The notes beneath the pieces are model-generated. The model saw only the letters and a program-made list of their open reading frames with translations. It had not been told where the DNA came from and searched no databases. Below are positions 1 through 9,100 of a stretch of 23,702 nucleotides of DNA, piece after piece. Source of the DNA: Chlamydiota bacterium (GTDB lineage Bacteria; Chlamydiota; Chlamydiia; Chlamydiales; SM23-39). Positions within the stretch are counted from its first letter, which is position 1. Each line of letters starts with the position of its first letter. Where the stretch lies: NCBI GenBank assembly GCA_050049995.1, contig JASFVE010000030.1, positions 1 through 23,702 on the forward strand. The letters run 5' to 3'. A program made the position numbers and the translations under genes.

Positions 1-2
1 CG

Positions 3-158
3 GAAAAAGGAAAAGTAAATGAAGAGCTTATAGCTTTTTTAGCAAAAGAGCTAAAAATAGCTAAGTCGCAAATCGAGATTTTAAAAGGACACACTTCTCG
101 TTATAAAAAATTAGTGCTTAAAGGCCTTTCTAAAGAGGCTTTTACCCATGTCTCTTAA
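3..158 (+). CDS. DUF167/UPF0235 (YggU-like) protein, 3' part (5' end outside window)
   Basis: Frame 3 reads EKGKVNEELIAFLAKELKIAKSQIEILKGHTSRYKKLVLKGLSKEAFTHVS*, matching the DUF167 pattern GKAN.EL..FLA..L...KS.I.I..G.TSR.K. Not in the ORF track. Confidence 0.9.
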   Translation, partial: EKGKVNEELIAFLAKELKIAKSQIEILKGHTSRYKKLVLKGLSKEAFTHVS

Positions 159-192
159 GGAAAGAAAAGCCGAAGCCAGCTTTTCTTTCCTT
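157..192. terminator. Probable bidirectional intrinsic terminator between convergent genes
   Basis: Perfect 14-bp stem aaggaaagaaaagc (157-170) / gcttttctttcctt (179-192) with an 8-nt loop, between the DUF167 stop and the stop of the 200..403 minus ORF. Confidence 0.75.
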
Positions 193-199
193 CTTCAGC

Positions 200-403
200 T
201 TACTGTTTTCTATGCCAAATTAAAAGTCTTTTAAAACTTTGGCATTCTTGAACACAGTCTTTAAATTTATCTTGGGCACATTGATCAGTTTTTTTAACTG
301 ACTCACAAAATTTATCACATGGCATACGTTCTTTCTGATAGTCTTCAAGCATACTATCAACTAAACGATGTGGCGCTGAATTATTATTAGTAGGTGATGA
401 CAT
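200..403 (-). CDS. 67-aa Cys-rich hypothetical protein (twin CX3C), downstream of a TPP riboswitch
   Basis: Strong SD GGAGGA just upstream of the ATG; riboswitch and promoter upstream; terminator downstream. Cys at 29, 33, 42, 50 and 54. Confidence 0.8.
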   Translation of the reverse strand: MSSPTNNNSAPHRLVDSMLEDYQKERMPCDKFCESVKKTDQCAQDKFKDCVQECQSFKRLLIWHRKQ

Positions 404-406
404 AAG

Positions 407-485
407 TCCTCCATAATTAGTTTTATAAAATAGAGGAAAACATATCTAAGATGTTTTCTTTTCTGAGTTCACCAGAAAAGAATAT
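407..485 (-). promoter_or_regulatory. Riboswitch expression platform (anti-aptamer, competing hairpins, anti-SD/SD)
   Basis: CUGGUGAAC (475-467) is complementary to the aptamer 5' arm GUUCACCAG (577-569). Anti-SD UCCUCUAU (437-430) can pair with AUGGAGGA (414-407). Hairpins UUCUUUUCUG/CAGAAAAGAA and GAAAACAU/AUGUUUUC overlap. Confidence 0.7.
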
Positions 486-578
486 TTTTCACTCTCCCTA
501 CGCCAATATTACTTGGATCAGGTTAGTAAGGGTTAAGTACTATGTACTTTTTCAGCTTATTAGCACCCCTGGTGAACG
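486..578 (-). ncRNA. TPP (THI-box) riboswitch aptamer
   Basis: Minus strand reads GUUCACCAGGGGUGC-UAAUAA-GCUGAAA-AAGUAC-AUA-GUACUU-AACCCUUACUAACCUGAUCCAAGUAAUAUUGGCGUAGGGAGAGUGAA. It has GGGGUGC..GCUGA, ACCC, ACCUGAU, P5 CCAA-GUAAUA-UUGG, GCGUAGGGA and P1 UUCAC/GUGAA. Confidence 0.9.
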
Positions 579-584
579 CTAAGC

Positions 585-614
585 AGTTTATGTTTTTTTA
601 TAAAAAAAGTACAA
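585..614 (-). promoter_or_regulatory. Putative sigma70-type promoter for the riboswitch transcript
   Basis: Minus-strand TTGTAC (614-609)-N18-TAAACT (590-585), placing the start site a few nt before the aptamer P1. Confidence 0.5.
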
Positions 615-696
615 TGTTTAAAATGTTTAGCAAAAATTGTGCCAGTTGGATTACCTTATTCGGCCTAACAATATTTTTTAACAGTAAAGGAGTAAT

Positions 697-1092
697 ATGT
701 CTGTAAATTCTGTAAATAATGATAGAGCTATTATTAAGAAAGCTCTAGAAGATGCCTATGCTAATGCATCTAGGCAGATAGATTTTTGTCATGACGTTAG
801 GGAAGGTCATTCCATAACAAGGGCTCAAATAAGAGCAGCATTTTCTGGCTGGCAAAGTAAAGTAACCTGTAGTGGCCATCTTAAATTTTTTCATCCTATA
901 ACTCTACAAAGGGGTGAGGTTATTAATCATGGACCTCTTAAAAAAGAAGTTATAGTTTCAGTTTGTCGAGTTATACAAGATCATTTAAATATTTTAGGTA
1001 ATGATATTTTCGGTTATCGCACTCATAACTTTAAATCTGAACCTGATTATGACAAAGCTGTTGATAGATGGCTTAGTAGAGTAAATAGTTAG
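697..1092 (+). CDS. Hypothetical protein, possible HicA-like (dsRBD-fold) core
   Basis: SD AAAGGAG. The segment GWQSKVTCSGHLKFFHP..INHGPLKKEVI resembles HicA G(F/W)....GSH..(Y/F).HP..V..H. The CDS is likely; the family call is weak. Confidence 0.6.
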   Translation: MSVNSVNNDRAIIKKALEDAYANASRQIDFCHDVREGHSITRAQIRAAFSGWQSKVTCSGHLKFFHPITLQRGEVINHGPLKKEVIVSVCRVIQDHLNILGNDIFGYRTHNFKSEPDYDKAVDRWLSRVNS

Positions 1093-1149
1093 ACAACTAC
1101 ATTGACTTTTTTAAAAGACTTTTAAATAAATTAGAGAAAATAGGGATAT

Positions 1150-1788
1150 ATGAAAGAGCTACAGCACTTATTTGAAAACAACCGTATCTGGGCAGAAAAT
1201 AAAGTCAAAAACGATCCTCAAATCTTTTCAAGATTATCGGAAAAACAGGCACCAAAATATTTATGGATAGGTTGTTCTGATAGCCGCATTCCTGCAAATG
1301 AGATCCTAGGCTTGGAACCAGGAGAAGTGTTTGTTCATAGAAATGTAGGTAATTTATTTCCTCATACGGATTTTAACTGTCTTTCAGTTCTTCAATATGG
1401 AATAGATTATCTCAATGTTGAACATGTGATTGTCTGTGGACATTATCGATGTGGCGGAGTGATGGCAGCTATGGAAAATGCACAGTTTGGCTTAGTCGAT
1501 AATTGGTTGCGTAACATACGAGACATTTACTCTAGAGAAAAAGAACAGCTAGATGCAATTAAAGATAAAGAACTTAAAAGTAACCGTTTAGTCGAACTAA
1601 ACGTGTTATATCAAGTTATGAATGTCTGCCATACTACGATTGTGCAAAATGCATGGGCCAATAACAAAAAGTTAAGCATCCACGGATGGACCTATGATCT
1701 TTCTACAGGGCTTTTGAAAGATCTTAACTGCTGTATTTCTTCTTTGGATCAAATAGAAGATAGCTATAGAACACTTAAGCTTCATTAG
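1150..1788 (+). CDS. can: Beta-class carbonic anhydrase
   Basis: WIGCSDSR, GEVFVHRNVGN and CGHYRCGG zinc-ligand motifs; IHGWTYDLSTGLL C-terminus. Confidence 0.96.
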   Translation: MKELQHLFENNRIWAENKVKNDPQIFSRLSEKQAPKYLWIGCSDSRIPANEILGLEPGEVFVHRNVGNLFPHTDFNCLSVLQYGIDYLNVEHVIVCGHYRCGGVMAAMENAQFGLVDNWLRNIRDIYSREKEQLDAIKDKELKSNRLVELNVLYQVMNVCHTTIVQNAWANNKKLSIHGWTYDLSTGLLKDLNCCISSLDQIEDSYRTLKLH

Positions 1789-1856
1789 TAACTTCTTCTT
1801 TTTCTGTACATAAAATATTATTTTTTTTACTCATAGCGTAAAAGAGAGGAGATAAT

Positions 1857-2015
1857 ATGCTGTATTGGGCTCTGATTTTCTTCATTATTGCATTAATTGC
1901 TGCATTATTTGGTTTTACGAGAATTTCTGTTGGGGCAATGGGAATAGCTCGTGTGCTATTTTTCATATTTTTAATCTTGTTTATATTTTCCTTAATTTTT
2001 TATGGATTTAGATAG
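1857..2015 (+). CDS. DUF1328/UPF0391 (YtjA-like) small membrane protein, 52 aa
   Basis: MLYWALIFFIIALIAALFGFTRISVGAMGIARVLFFIFLILFIFSLIFYGFR* with SD GAGGAG; typical DUF1328 pattern. Not in the ORF track. Confidence 0.93.
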   Translation: MLYWALIFFIIALIAALFGFTRISVGAMGIARVLFFIFLILFIFSLIFYGFR

Positions 2016-2097
2016 TAAATATGAGAATTTACTAAAGTAGCTTTTACCCTTTTTTTTTATCTTTGAATAAAATATTTTCTTACTTTTAAGTAAGACA

Positions 2098-3720
2098 ATG
2101 TGTATTCGACTATATTTACTATTTTTTATTTTCCTTCATCTTTTCGTATATGCTGAAGATATCTGGTTAGAAGAATTGCATGGTTTGACTTTTATACAAA
2201 AAGTTGATGAAGAAAATCCTCTTGATGCAAAGAACTTTTCCTACGGAATTAATATTGTTGATGTATATGTCCCTGATGAGAAGGCTTTCATTAAAGAAAT
2301 GCAGCAGTTTTTAGGGTTGCCCTTAAAACCTTCTTTAATAAAAGAAATAAAACAGCAAGCAGTTCAATACTACCAAAAAAGAGGGTTCTTACTCGTAGGT
2401 GTTCTAGTCCCTGTTGAGCAAGATATCTCAAATGGTGTCTTAAAAATTATCATTAATATTGGTCGTTTAGGGAAGATAAAAGCTAGTGGAGCTAAGTATT
2501 TTTCCAATGAAAAACTGGCATCTGAGCTGCGGGTGAAAGAAGGTGAGTATCTTCAAAAAGATGTAATCTTGTCAGATTTAAATTGGATGAATCAAAATCC
2601 ATTTAGGGCAAGTGATGTTGTTTTAGAACAAGGAGAGAATTTTGGTGAAACCGATCTTACTCTCTCCACTATTGATCGTTGGCCAGTAAGGTTTTTTGGG
2701 GGTTATGAAAATACAGGTAATCAGATAGCTGGAAGTTCTCGTTTTCTAACCGGAATCAATTTAGGAAATCTTTTTAAAATTGGCCATCAATTAAATTATC
2801 TATTCAGGTTTTCTCCTCAATTTAATAAGTGGTGGGGGCATTCAGGCAGTTATATTGCACCTTTGCCATGGAGACACATTTTTGAAGCCTATGGATTTTA
2901 TACTCATGCAAAGCCAGATGTAGATGTAGGATTCGATTCCAATGGGAAAAGCTGGCAGTTAGCTGGAAGGTATAAAATTCCTTTTCAAACAGGTTTTTTG
3001 AACAATCTTATTTTTATCGGTTATGAATTTCAAAGATCGAATAACTTTCTGACTTTTGGAGACACTTTATTATTTGATAGATACATAGATATTTCTCAGT
3101 TTTTAGTCGGTTATGAAGCCTTTATTGAGTATAAAGCTGGTAAAACGAAAATAGGAGCAGAAATATTCCTTAGCCCAGGGAATATGACTGCCTTTAATAA
3201 TGATCAAAGTTTTGCCCAAGAACAAGAAGGAGCCAAGAGTAATTATATTTTTGGAAGAACCCGGTTAGAGCAGTCAGTATACATGCCTAAAGGTGCTTTT
3301 TGGTGGTTGGATATTTTATTTCAACAGGCTAGTGGAAAGCTTCTTCCAACAGAACAGTTTTCTTTAGGAGGTTTTTATACGATAAGAGGTTACGATGAGA
3401 ATGAAGTGATTGGCGATAATGGCATACTTATTAAAAATGAACTTCACTTTCCAGTAATTCGTCTTCCTCCTAAAAAACGATATCATCAAATTCAATTTCT
3501 TGGGTTTATAGATTATGGCTGGACCTATGATGTAAACCAAAATATTTTAAGCAAAGATGTGGCCACCCTTGCTTCTGTAGGTCCTGGCGTGAGGTATAAT
3601 TTTGAAAATTATATTTCCTTTCGTTTTGATTACGGATGGCAGTTAAACACTATTAGAAGAGTTGTAGATCCATCTAGCAAAAAGTCGAGAGCACATTTGA
3701 GCCTTATTGTTTCCTATTAA
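2098..3720 (+). CDS. TpsB outer-membrane transporter (ShlB/FhaC/HecB family)
   Basis: Signal peptide; POTRA-like region (YYQKRGFLLVGVLVPVEQDISNGVLKI); loop-6 motif FSLGGFYTIRGY; FIDYG; beta-barrel C-terminus ending in an aromatic residue (LSLIVSY). Confidence 0.93.
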   Translation: MCIRLYLLFFIFLHLFVYAEDIWLEELHGLTFIQKVDEENPLDAKNFSYGINIVDVYVPDEKAFIKEMQQFLGLPLKPSLIKEIKQQAVQYYQKRGFLLVGVLVPVEQDISNGVLKIIINIGRLGKIKASGAKYFSNEKLASELRVKEGEYLQKDVILSDLNWMNQNPFRASDVVLEQGENFGETDLTLSTIDRWPVRFFGGYENTGNQIAGSSRFLTGINLGNLFKIGHQLNYLFRFSPQFNKWWGHSGSYIAPLPWRHIFEAYGFYTHAKPDVDVGFDSNGKSWQLAGRYKIPFQTGFLNNLIFIGYEFQRSNNFLTFGDTLLFDRYIDISQFLVGYEAFIEYKAGKTKIGAEIFLSPGNMTAFNNDQSFAQEQEGAKSNYIFGRTRLEQSVYMPKGAFWWLDILFQQASGKLLPTEQFSLGGFYTIRGYDENEVIGDNGILIKNELHFPVIRLPPKKRYHQIQFLGFIDYGWTYDVNQNILSKDVATLASVGPGVRYNFENYISFRFDYGWQLNTIRRVVDPSSKKSRAHLSLIVSY

Positions 3721-3734
3721 TTAAAAGGGTAATT

Positions 3735-6149
3735 ATGAAGTCATTTCTAGTTTGTTCTGTTTTTTTTCTTTTACAGGCATATGCAGTTCCTAGGGAAGAA
3801 AAAGTTATTTCAGGAAATATTTGCTTTTCAACAACCAACAATAATTTAGAAATACGTCAACAAAGCAAGCAAGCTGTGATTGATTGGAAAGAATTTTCCA
3901 TTAACAAAAATGAACAAGTTTATTTTATCCAGCCTCCTAATAGCGCCATATTAAATCGTGTAACAGGAGCAATGCCATCTAGAATAGATGGCATGCTAAA
4001 AGCAGATGCTGCCCTTTATTTAATGAATGAAAAAGGTCTTATTGTTGGCAAAGAAGGGGTCGTTGAAGCTAAAAGTTTTTTTATGCTGGGGCAGAAAATA
4101 CAAGAAGAAGATTTTTTGAACCAAACTAGCATGCTTCAAGCAAATTCTGAAGCAGTTATCATCAATCATGGAAAAATCAAAACAACCGGGGGGGATATTT
4201 TTCTTGTAGCTAAAGAAGTTAAAAACTCAGGACAAATAGAAGCAATCAAGGGAAAAGCTTATTTAATTGGAGGATCTGAAGTTTTTTTACAAAAAGAGCT
4301 AGATGAAAACTTTCAAGTTAAGGTGAAAAACTTAGGCTCAGTTGAAAATATGGGGCTCATTAAAGCAGCCCAAGTAGAGATACAAGCAGCAGGAGGAGAT
4401 ATATATAGCTTGGCAATCAATCAAATGGGTGTAATAGAAGCTAATGGTTTTTTAAAAAAAGAAGGGAAAATTATTCTTACTGCAGATACTGGAAACATAA
4501 GTATAGCAGGTAAACTAAAAACAACAACCTTAGAAGAAGGAGGTTTGATAGAAGTTACAGGGCTTGATGAAATACATGTTTTGGAAAATGCGTCTTTGCT
4601 AGCAAATGGAGAAAGTAAAGGGGGAACTATTTTAATAGGGGGAGATTTTCAAGGAAAAAATCCTGCTATAAAAAATGCAAAAAAATTACGCATTGAGCCT
4701 AATGCAACAATACAAGCTAATGCTATAGAAAAAGGTGATGGTGGCAAAGTAATTACCTGGGCTAATGAACAAAATATTTTCAAAGGGAAAATTTCTGCAC
4801 AAGGAGGACGAGTAAAAGGGAATGGGGGTTTTGTTGAAGTATCGTCTCCTAAGAATTTAGTCTTTGCTGGTCATGTATCTACTGTGGCCTTTAATGGAAA
4901 AACCGGAAACCTTCTTTTAGATCCTTCTGATATTGTAATAGGGGATTTTGGAGGGACAAGTACCCCTCCTTATCCAGCAGGTGGTGCGGAAATGTATGAT
5001 CCAGCAGGATCTTCAGGACAGTTGGATGTGTTAGACTTGCAAGCTGCATTAGGATCTACTAATGTTACTGTTTCTACCATAAGTGGAACTGGAGGTGCTG
5101 GAACTGTTACAATTAATAGAGGGTTTTCTTGGAGTTCATCTAATACTTTTTCAGTTACAGCAAATCGAAATATTATTCTGGATGATGTAACGATTACAAA
5201 TACTAATGCTTTAGGAGGCTTTACCGCAGTGGATTTACAAGCAGGGCAAGAAGGGGTGGTCACAGGAAACTTCGATGGTATTTTTTTAAGAAATGCAACA
5301 ATCTCATCCTCTACTGGAAATATAAATTTTGTAGCTCGTGGAGGAACATCCGACAATAATTATGGTATCCACTTGTTTAACAGTACTATTTCATCTACAG
5401 GGTTGGCGTTGAGTCCGGCTACAATTACTCTTAATGGAGTTGGGGGAGCTGGAGTAAATGGGCTGTCAGGGGTAGTGATCGAGTCCAATTCATCCATAAA
5501 TTCAAGGCTAGGAGATATTTCCATTACAGGGAGCGCTAATGGGACAGGCATTTTAAATCATGGAATATGGATTTTTTTTCGATCAGAAGTACTCTCTGAT
5601 GGGGTAGGAGTAAATGCTGCAACCATTTCATTAAATGGCTCTTCCAGTTTTGGAACATCTGATAATTTTGGAGTAAATATTCAGGAAAATTCAACGGTTT
5701 CCTCTGATACAGGTAATTTGAATATTACAGCCACTTCTCAGGGTATAAATAATCACAATGTGGGATTACTTATAAAAAAAAGTGGAAAAATAGCTTCGGT
5801 TGGAACGCTTGCAAGTGCAGCTACCCTTACTATTAATGCAACTTCAGGAACAGGTAGCAATGGGAACAGAGGAATGTTAATAGATTCTAGCTCTTTGATT
5901 GACTCTATTAATGGAAATTTAGATATTACAGCTGAGTCTAGAGGAGTAGGGACATACGGAAATCAGGGGGTAGCCTTAATGAATAATTCCTTAATTAGGT
6001 CCACCGGAATAGGTGTTGATGCTTCGGATATTTCGATATTAGGTACAATGGGAGCAGGTGAATCTGTAGGAACTAGGGCAGATTTCTCTTCTGATATCAC
6101 TTCTGTAGAAGGGATTATCAATATTAACGGAGGATACCAAAAAGAATAA
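3735..6149 (+). CDS. TpsA exoprotein 1, filamentous haemagglutinin N-terminal domain (HMW1-like), 804 aa
   Basis: Signal peptide; IDWKEFSI and ILNRVTG..S.IDG; GGTILIGGDFQG, GGFVEVS and LLLDP motifs; Gly/Ser/Thr/Asn beta-helix repeats; directly follows tpsB. Confidence 0.9.
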   Translation: MKSFLVCSVFFLLQAYAVPREEKVISGNICFSTTNNNLEIRQQSKQAVIDWKEFSINKNEQVYFIQPPNSAILNRVTGAMPSRIDGMLKADAALYLMNEKGLIVGKEGVVEAKSFFMLGQKIQEEDFLNQTSMLQANSEAVIINHGKIKTTGGDIFLVAKEVKNSGQIEAIKGKAYLIGGSEVFLQKELDENFQVKVKNLGSVENMGLIKAAQVEIQAAGGDIYSLAINQMGVIEANGFLKKEGKIILTADTGNISIAGKLKTTTLEEGGLIEVTGLDEIHVLENASLLANGESKGGTILIGGDFQGKNPAIKNAKKLRIEPNATIQANAIEKGDGGKVITWANEQNIFKGKISAQGGRVKGNGGFVEVSSPKNLVFAGHVSTVAFNGKTGNLLLDPSDIVIGDFGGTSTPPYPAGGAEMYDPAGSSGQLDVLDLQAALGSTNVTVSTISGTGGAGTVTINRGFSWSSSNTFSVTANRNIILDDVTITNTNALGGFTAVDLQAGQEGVVTGNFDGIFLRNATISSSTGNINFVARGGTSDNNYGIHLFNSTISSTGLALSPATITLNGVGGAGVNGLSGVVIESNSSINSRLGDISITGSANGTGILNHGIWIFFRSEVLSDGVGVNAATISLNGSSSFGTSDNFGVNIQENSTVSSDTGNLNITATSQGINNHNVGLLIKKSGKIASVGTLASAATLTINATSGTGSNGNRGMLIDSSSLIDSINGNLDITAESRGVGTYGNQGVALMNNSLIRSTGIGVDASDISILGTMGAGESVGTRADFSSDITSVEGIININGGYQKE

Positions 6150-9100
6150 TGGTTCGTACTCTGTGCATTAGCCTTTTCTTTTTTCTTCATCTATTTGCCA
6201 ATCCTACAGGAGAGTCTATTGTTAGCGGAAATCTGAATATCAATTCTCATAAGAACCAACTAGATATTCATCAAACATCTAAAAAAGCGATAATTGAATG
6301 GAAAGATTTTTCTATTGAATTAGGTGAGCGTGTAAATATTCACCAAAAGTTCTCTAATGGGGTTATACTTAACAGAGTCATTGGTAATTGCTCTTCAAAA
6401 ATTTTAGGAACGCTAGAAAGTAATGGATTAGTTTATTTAATTAATGAGCAAGGGATATTTATTGGTAAACAAGGGAAAGTTCAAACAAAAGGTTTTTTAG
6501 CTTCCTGTTTAAGTCTTAAAAATGAACCTTTTTTACAAGGTAAAACCCTATTTTTTGAAGGAGATAAACAGGGTGAGCTTGTTAATTTGGGCTCAATTAA
6601 AACTTCAACGAAACATATTTTCCTTCTAGCTCAGGTAGTTAAAAATGAGGGGAAAATACATGCCCAAAAGGGTAACTCTTATTTAATTGGTTCTAACCAA
6701 CTTTATTTAACAGAAGATAATCAAATTTTTGTTAACTCCAAGTCAATTGGAACAGTAGAAAACAGGGGATCTATAAAAGCTGTCGAAGCTCAGTTAGAAG
6801 CAGCTGGTGGTAGCATATATTCCTGCGCTATTAACCAGACAGGTATAGTAGAGGCAAATGGTATTGAAAAGATTAATGGGAAAATCATTTTAAAAGCTCA
6901 TTCAAATTTGACGGATGTCTCTGGATCATTAATTGCTCAATCTCAAGATAAGGGAGGAGCAATACAAGTAACTGGTGGAGATGAAATTCACCTTCAAGAT
7001 ACAGCCAAAGTACTGGCTAATGGAGATCTTGGAGGAGGAGAAGTTTTAATAGGAGGGGACTACCAAGGAAAAAATCCGAGTATTGAAAATACAAAAAAAA
7101 TATGGGTTAACAAAAAAGCTGTAATAAATGCAGATGCTATCATCCAAGGAAACGGAGGTAAAGTTGTTATTTGGGCTGATGAGCAAAACCTTTTTGGTGG
7201 GACTATTTCAGCTAAAGGAGGGAGGATAAAAGGTGATGGAGGTTTTATAGAAGTTTCCGCTAAAGAATACTTATTATACAAAGGCTCGGCGTTCACTAAT
7301 GCATTTAATGGTAAAACAGGAAACTTATTACTAGACCCTTCTGATATTACCATAAGCACTTCAGCTAGTTCTCCTGCATTCCCTACATCGCCAGGTAATT
7401 ACAATCCTACAGGCGCATCGGCTACATTAAATGTTTCTGATCTGGTAAATGTAACTGATGGCTTAGGAAACAATAATGTTACTGTTTCAACTAGTGGAGG
7501 AACAGGAGGGTCGGGAATTGTTACCTTTGCAAATGACGTGACGTGGAGTGCCAATACCACATTAACTGTGCTTGCCGATCAAGCTATCATTGTCAATTCT
7601 GGCGTAAGCTTAAGTAATACAAGTACAGCTAGTAATTTTACTGCCTTTGATTTTAGAGGTAATGAGGCTGGAGGTTCCACAGCTAACTCTATTGGAATAG
7701 ATATTGTAGGGAGTATTTCTACAGTTAATGGAAATATCAATTTAGTAGGACAAGGAGGGACATCTGCTTCCAACTTTGGAGTATACCTGCGCAATACGTC
7801 CACAGGACTTTCTTCTTCTGGCTCAGGTGCCAATGCAGGTACTATTACTATTGATGGGACTGGTGGATCAGGGGCTAGTGATTGTTATGGTGCCTACATT
7901 CAAGGGTCTGGAGACAGAATAACTTCCATAGATGGAAATATTTCAGTTACAGGGGTTGGAGGAGGAGATGGAACTAGTACAGGCAATATAGGCATTTTGA
8001 TGTCAGACGGGGCAGCAGTGCGCTCAACAGGTACTACTACCGATGCTGCTACTATAACATTTGCTGGAACAGGTGGTTCAGGTACTTCTAATAATCATGG
8101 CATAGAAATTACCGGAACTAGCTGCGGTATTAGTTCTAGTGTTGGAAATATATCTCTTACGGGTGATGTGGACACACCTAGTAGTTCTACAAATTATGGG
8201 ATTTATATCAACTCAGCTGGATTTATTGAGTCAACAGGAACAACAAGTGATGCAGCTACTATCACTTTAAATGGTACGGGGGCTGGAACTTCTTCTGGAA
8301 GGGGGATCACTTTTCTGGAAGTATCTAGCTTTACCAGCGTAAATGGTGATATTAGTCTTACAGGAGTTGGAACAGGGGGTGGAACTTCTTCTGATGGAGT
8401 AGTTATGAGAAATACGACTATATCATCTACGGGAACAGGAGCCAGTGCAGCAAATATTACTATAGATGGAACATCCAATGGATCTTCGGGGTCGGGATGT
8501 GAATTTTTCACTAGCTCTGGAGCTATTAGTGTTGCGGGAAATATTAATATTTCAGGGACGGGCGCAGGAGGGGCTGAGCAAGGATTTGATATGACAAGTT
8601 CTAGTGCTTTTGTTGGCAACGGTTCTACGCAAGGAGATATTACTATTATTGCAAATACTATTAATTTAGCAGGAGATGCTCAATCATCTGGCGTTTTGAC
8701 AATTCAACCTGATACTGTAGCTGGAACGATGGGTCTTGGGGATTCTTCTTCTGGTACACTTAACTTAACTAATACTGAACTATCCAACATCCAAAATGGA
8801 TTTAGTGAAATTATTTTTGGCAGAACGGATGGTACTGGAGCTATTGATGTAAGAGCTTTTACTTATACTGATCCAATAACTATTCAAAGTTTAAGTGGAA
8901 CAATTACTATCAATGGAGCGTTAGCTGCAGGAGCTAATGCCATTACTCTTTCTTCAGATAGCATGGCAATAGACAATTCCGTAACTGGTACTAGTACTTT
9001 AACTATACAACCCGGCCAAGCATCTACAACCATTGGTTTGGGTACTGGTGCAACTGGGACGTTAAACTTAACGGATACAGAGTTGGGCAATCTTACCAAC

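Noticed and set aside
1775..1966. 63-aa minus-strand ORF
   Set aside because: Shadow of the DUF1328 gene on the plus strand (1857-2015), which has a strong SD and a clear family pattern.
4188..4194. G7 tract (and T8 tracts) in tpsA1 as phase-variation sites
   Set aside because: Short, in frame, and no evidence of length variation is available from a single sequence.
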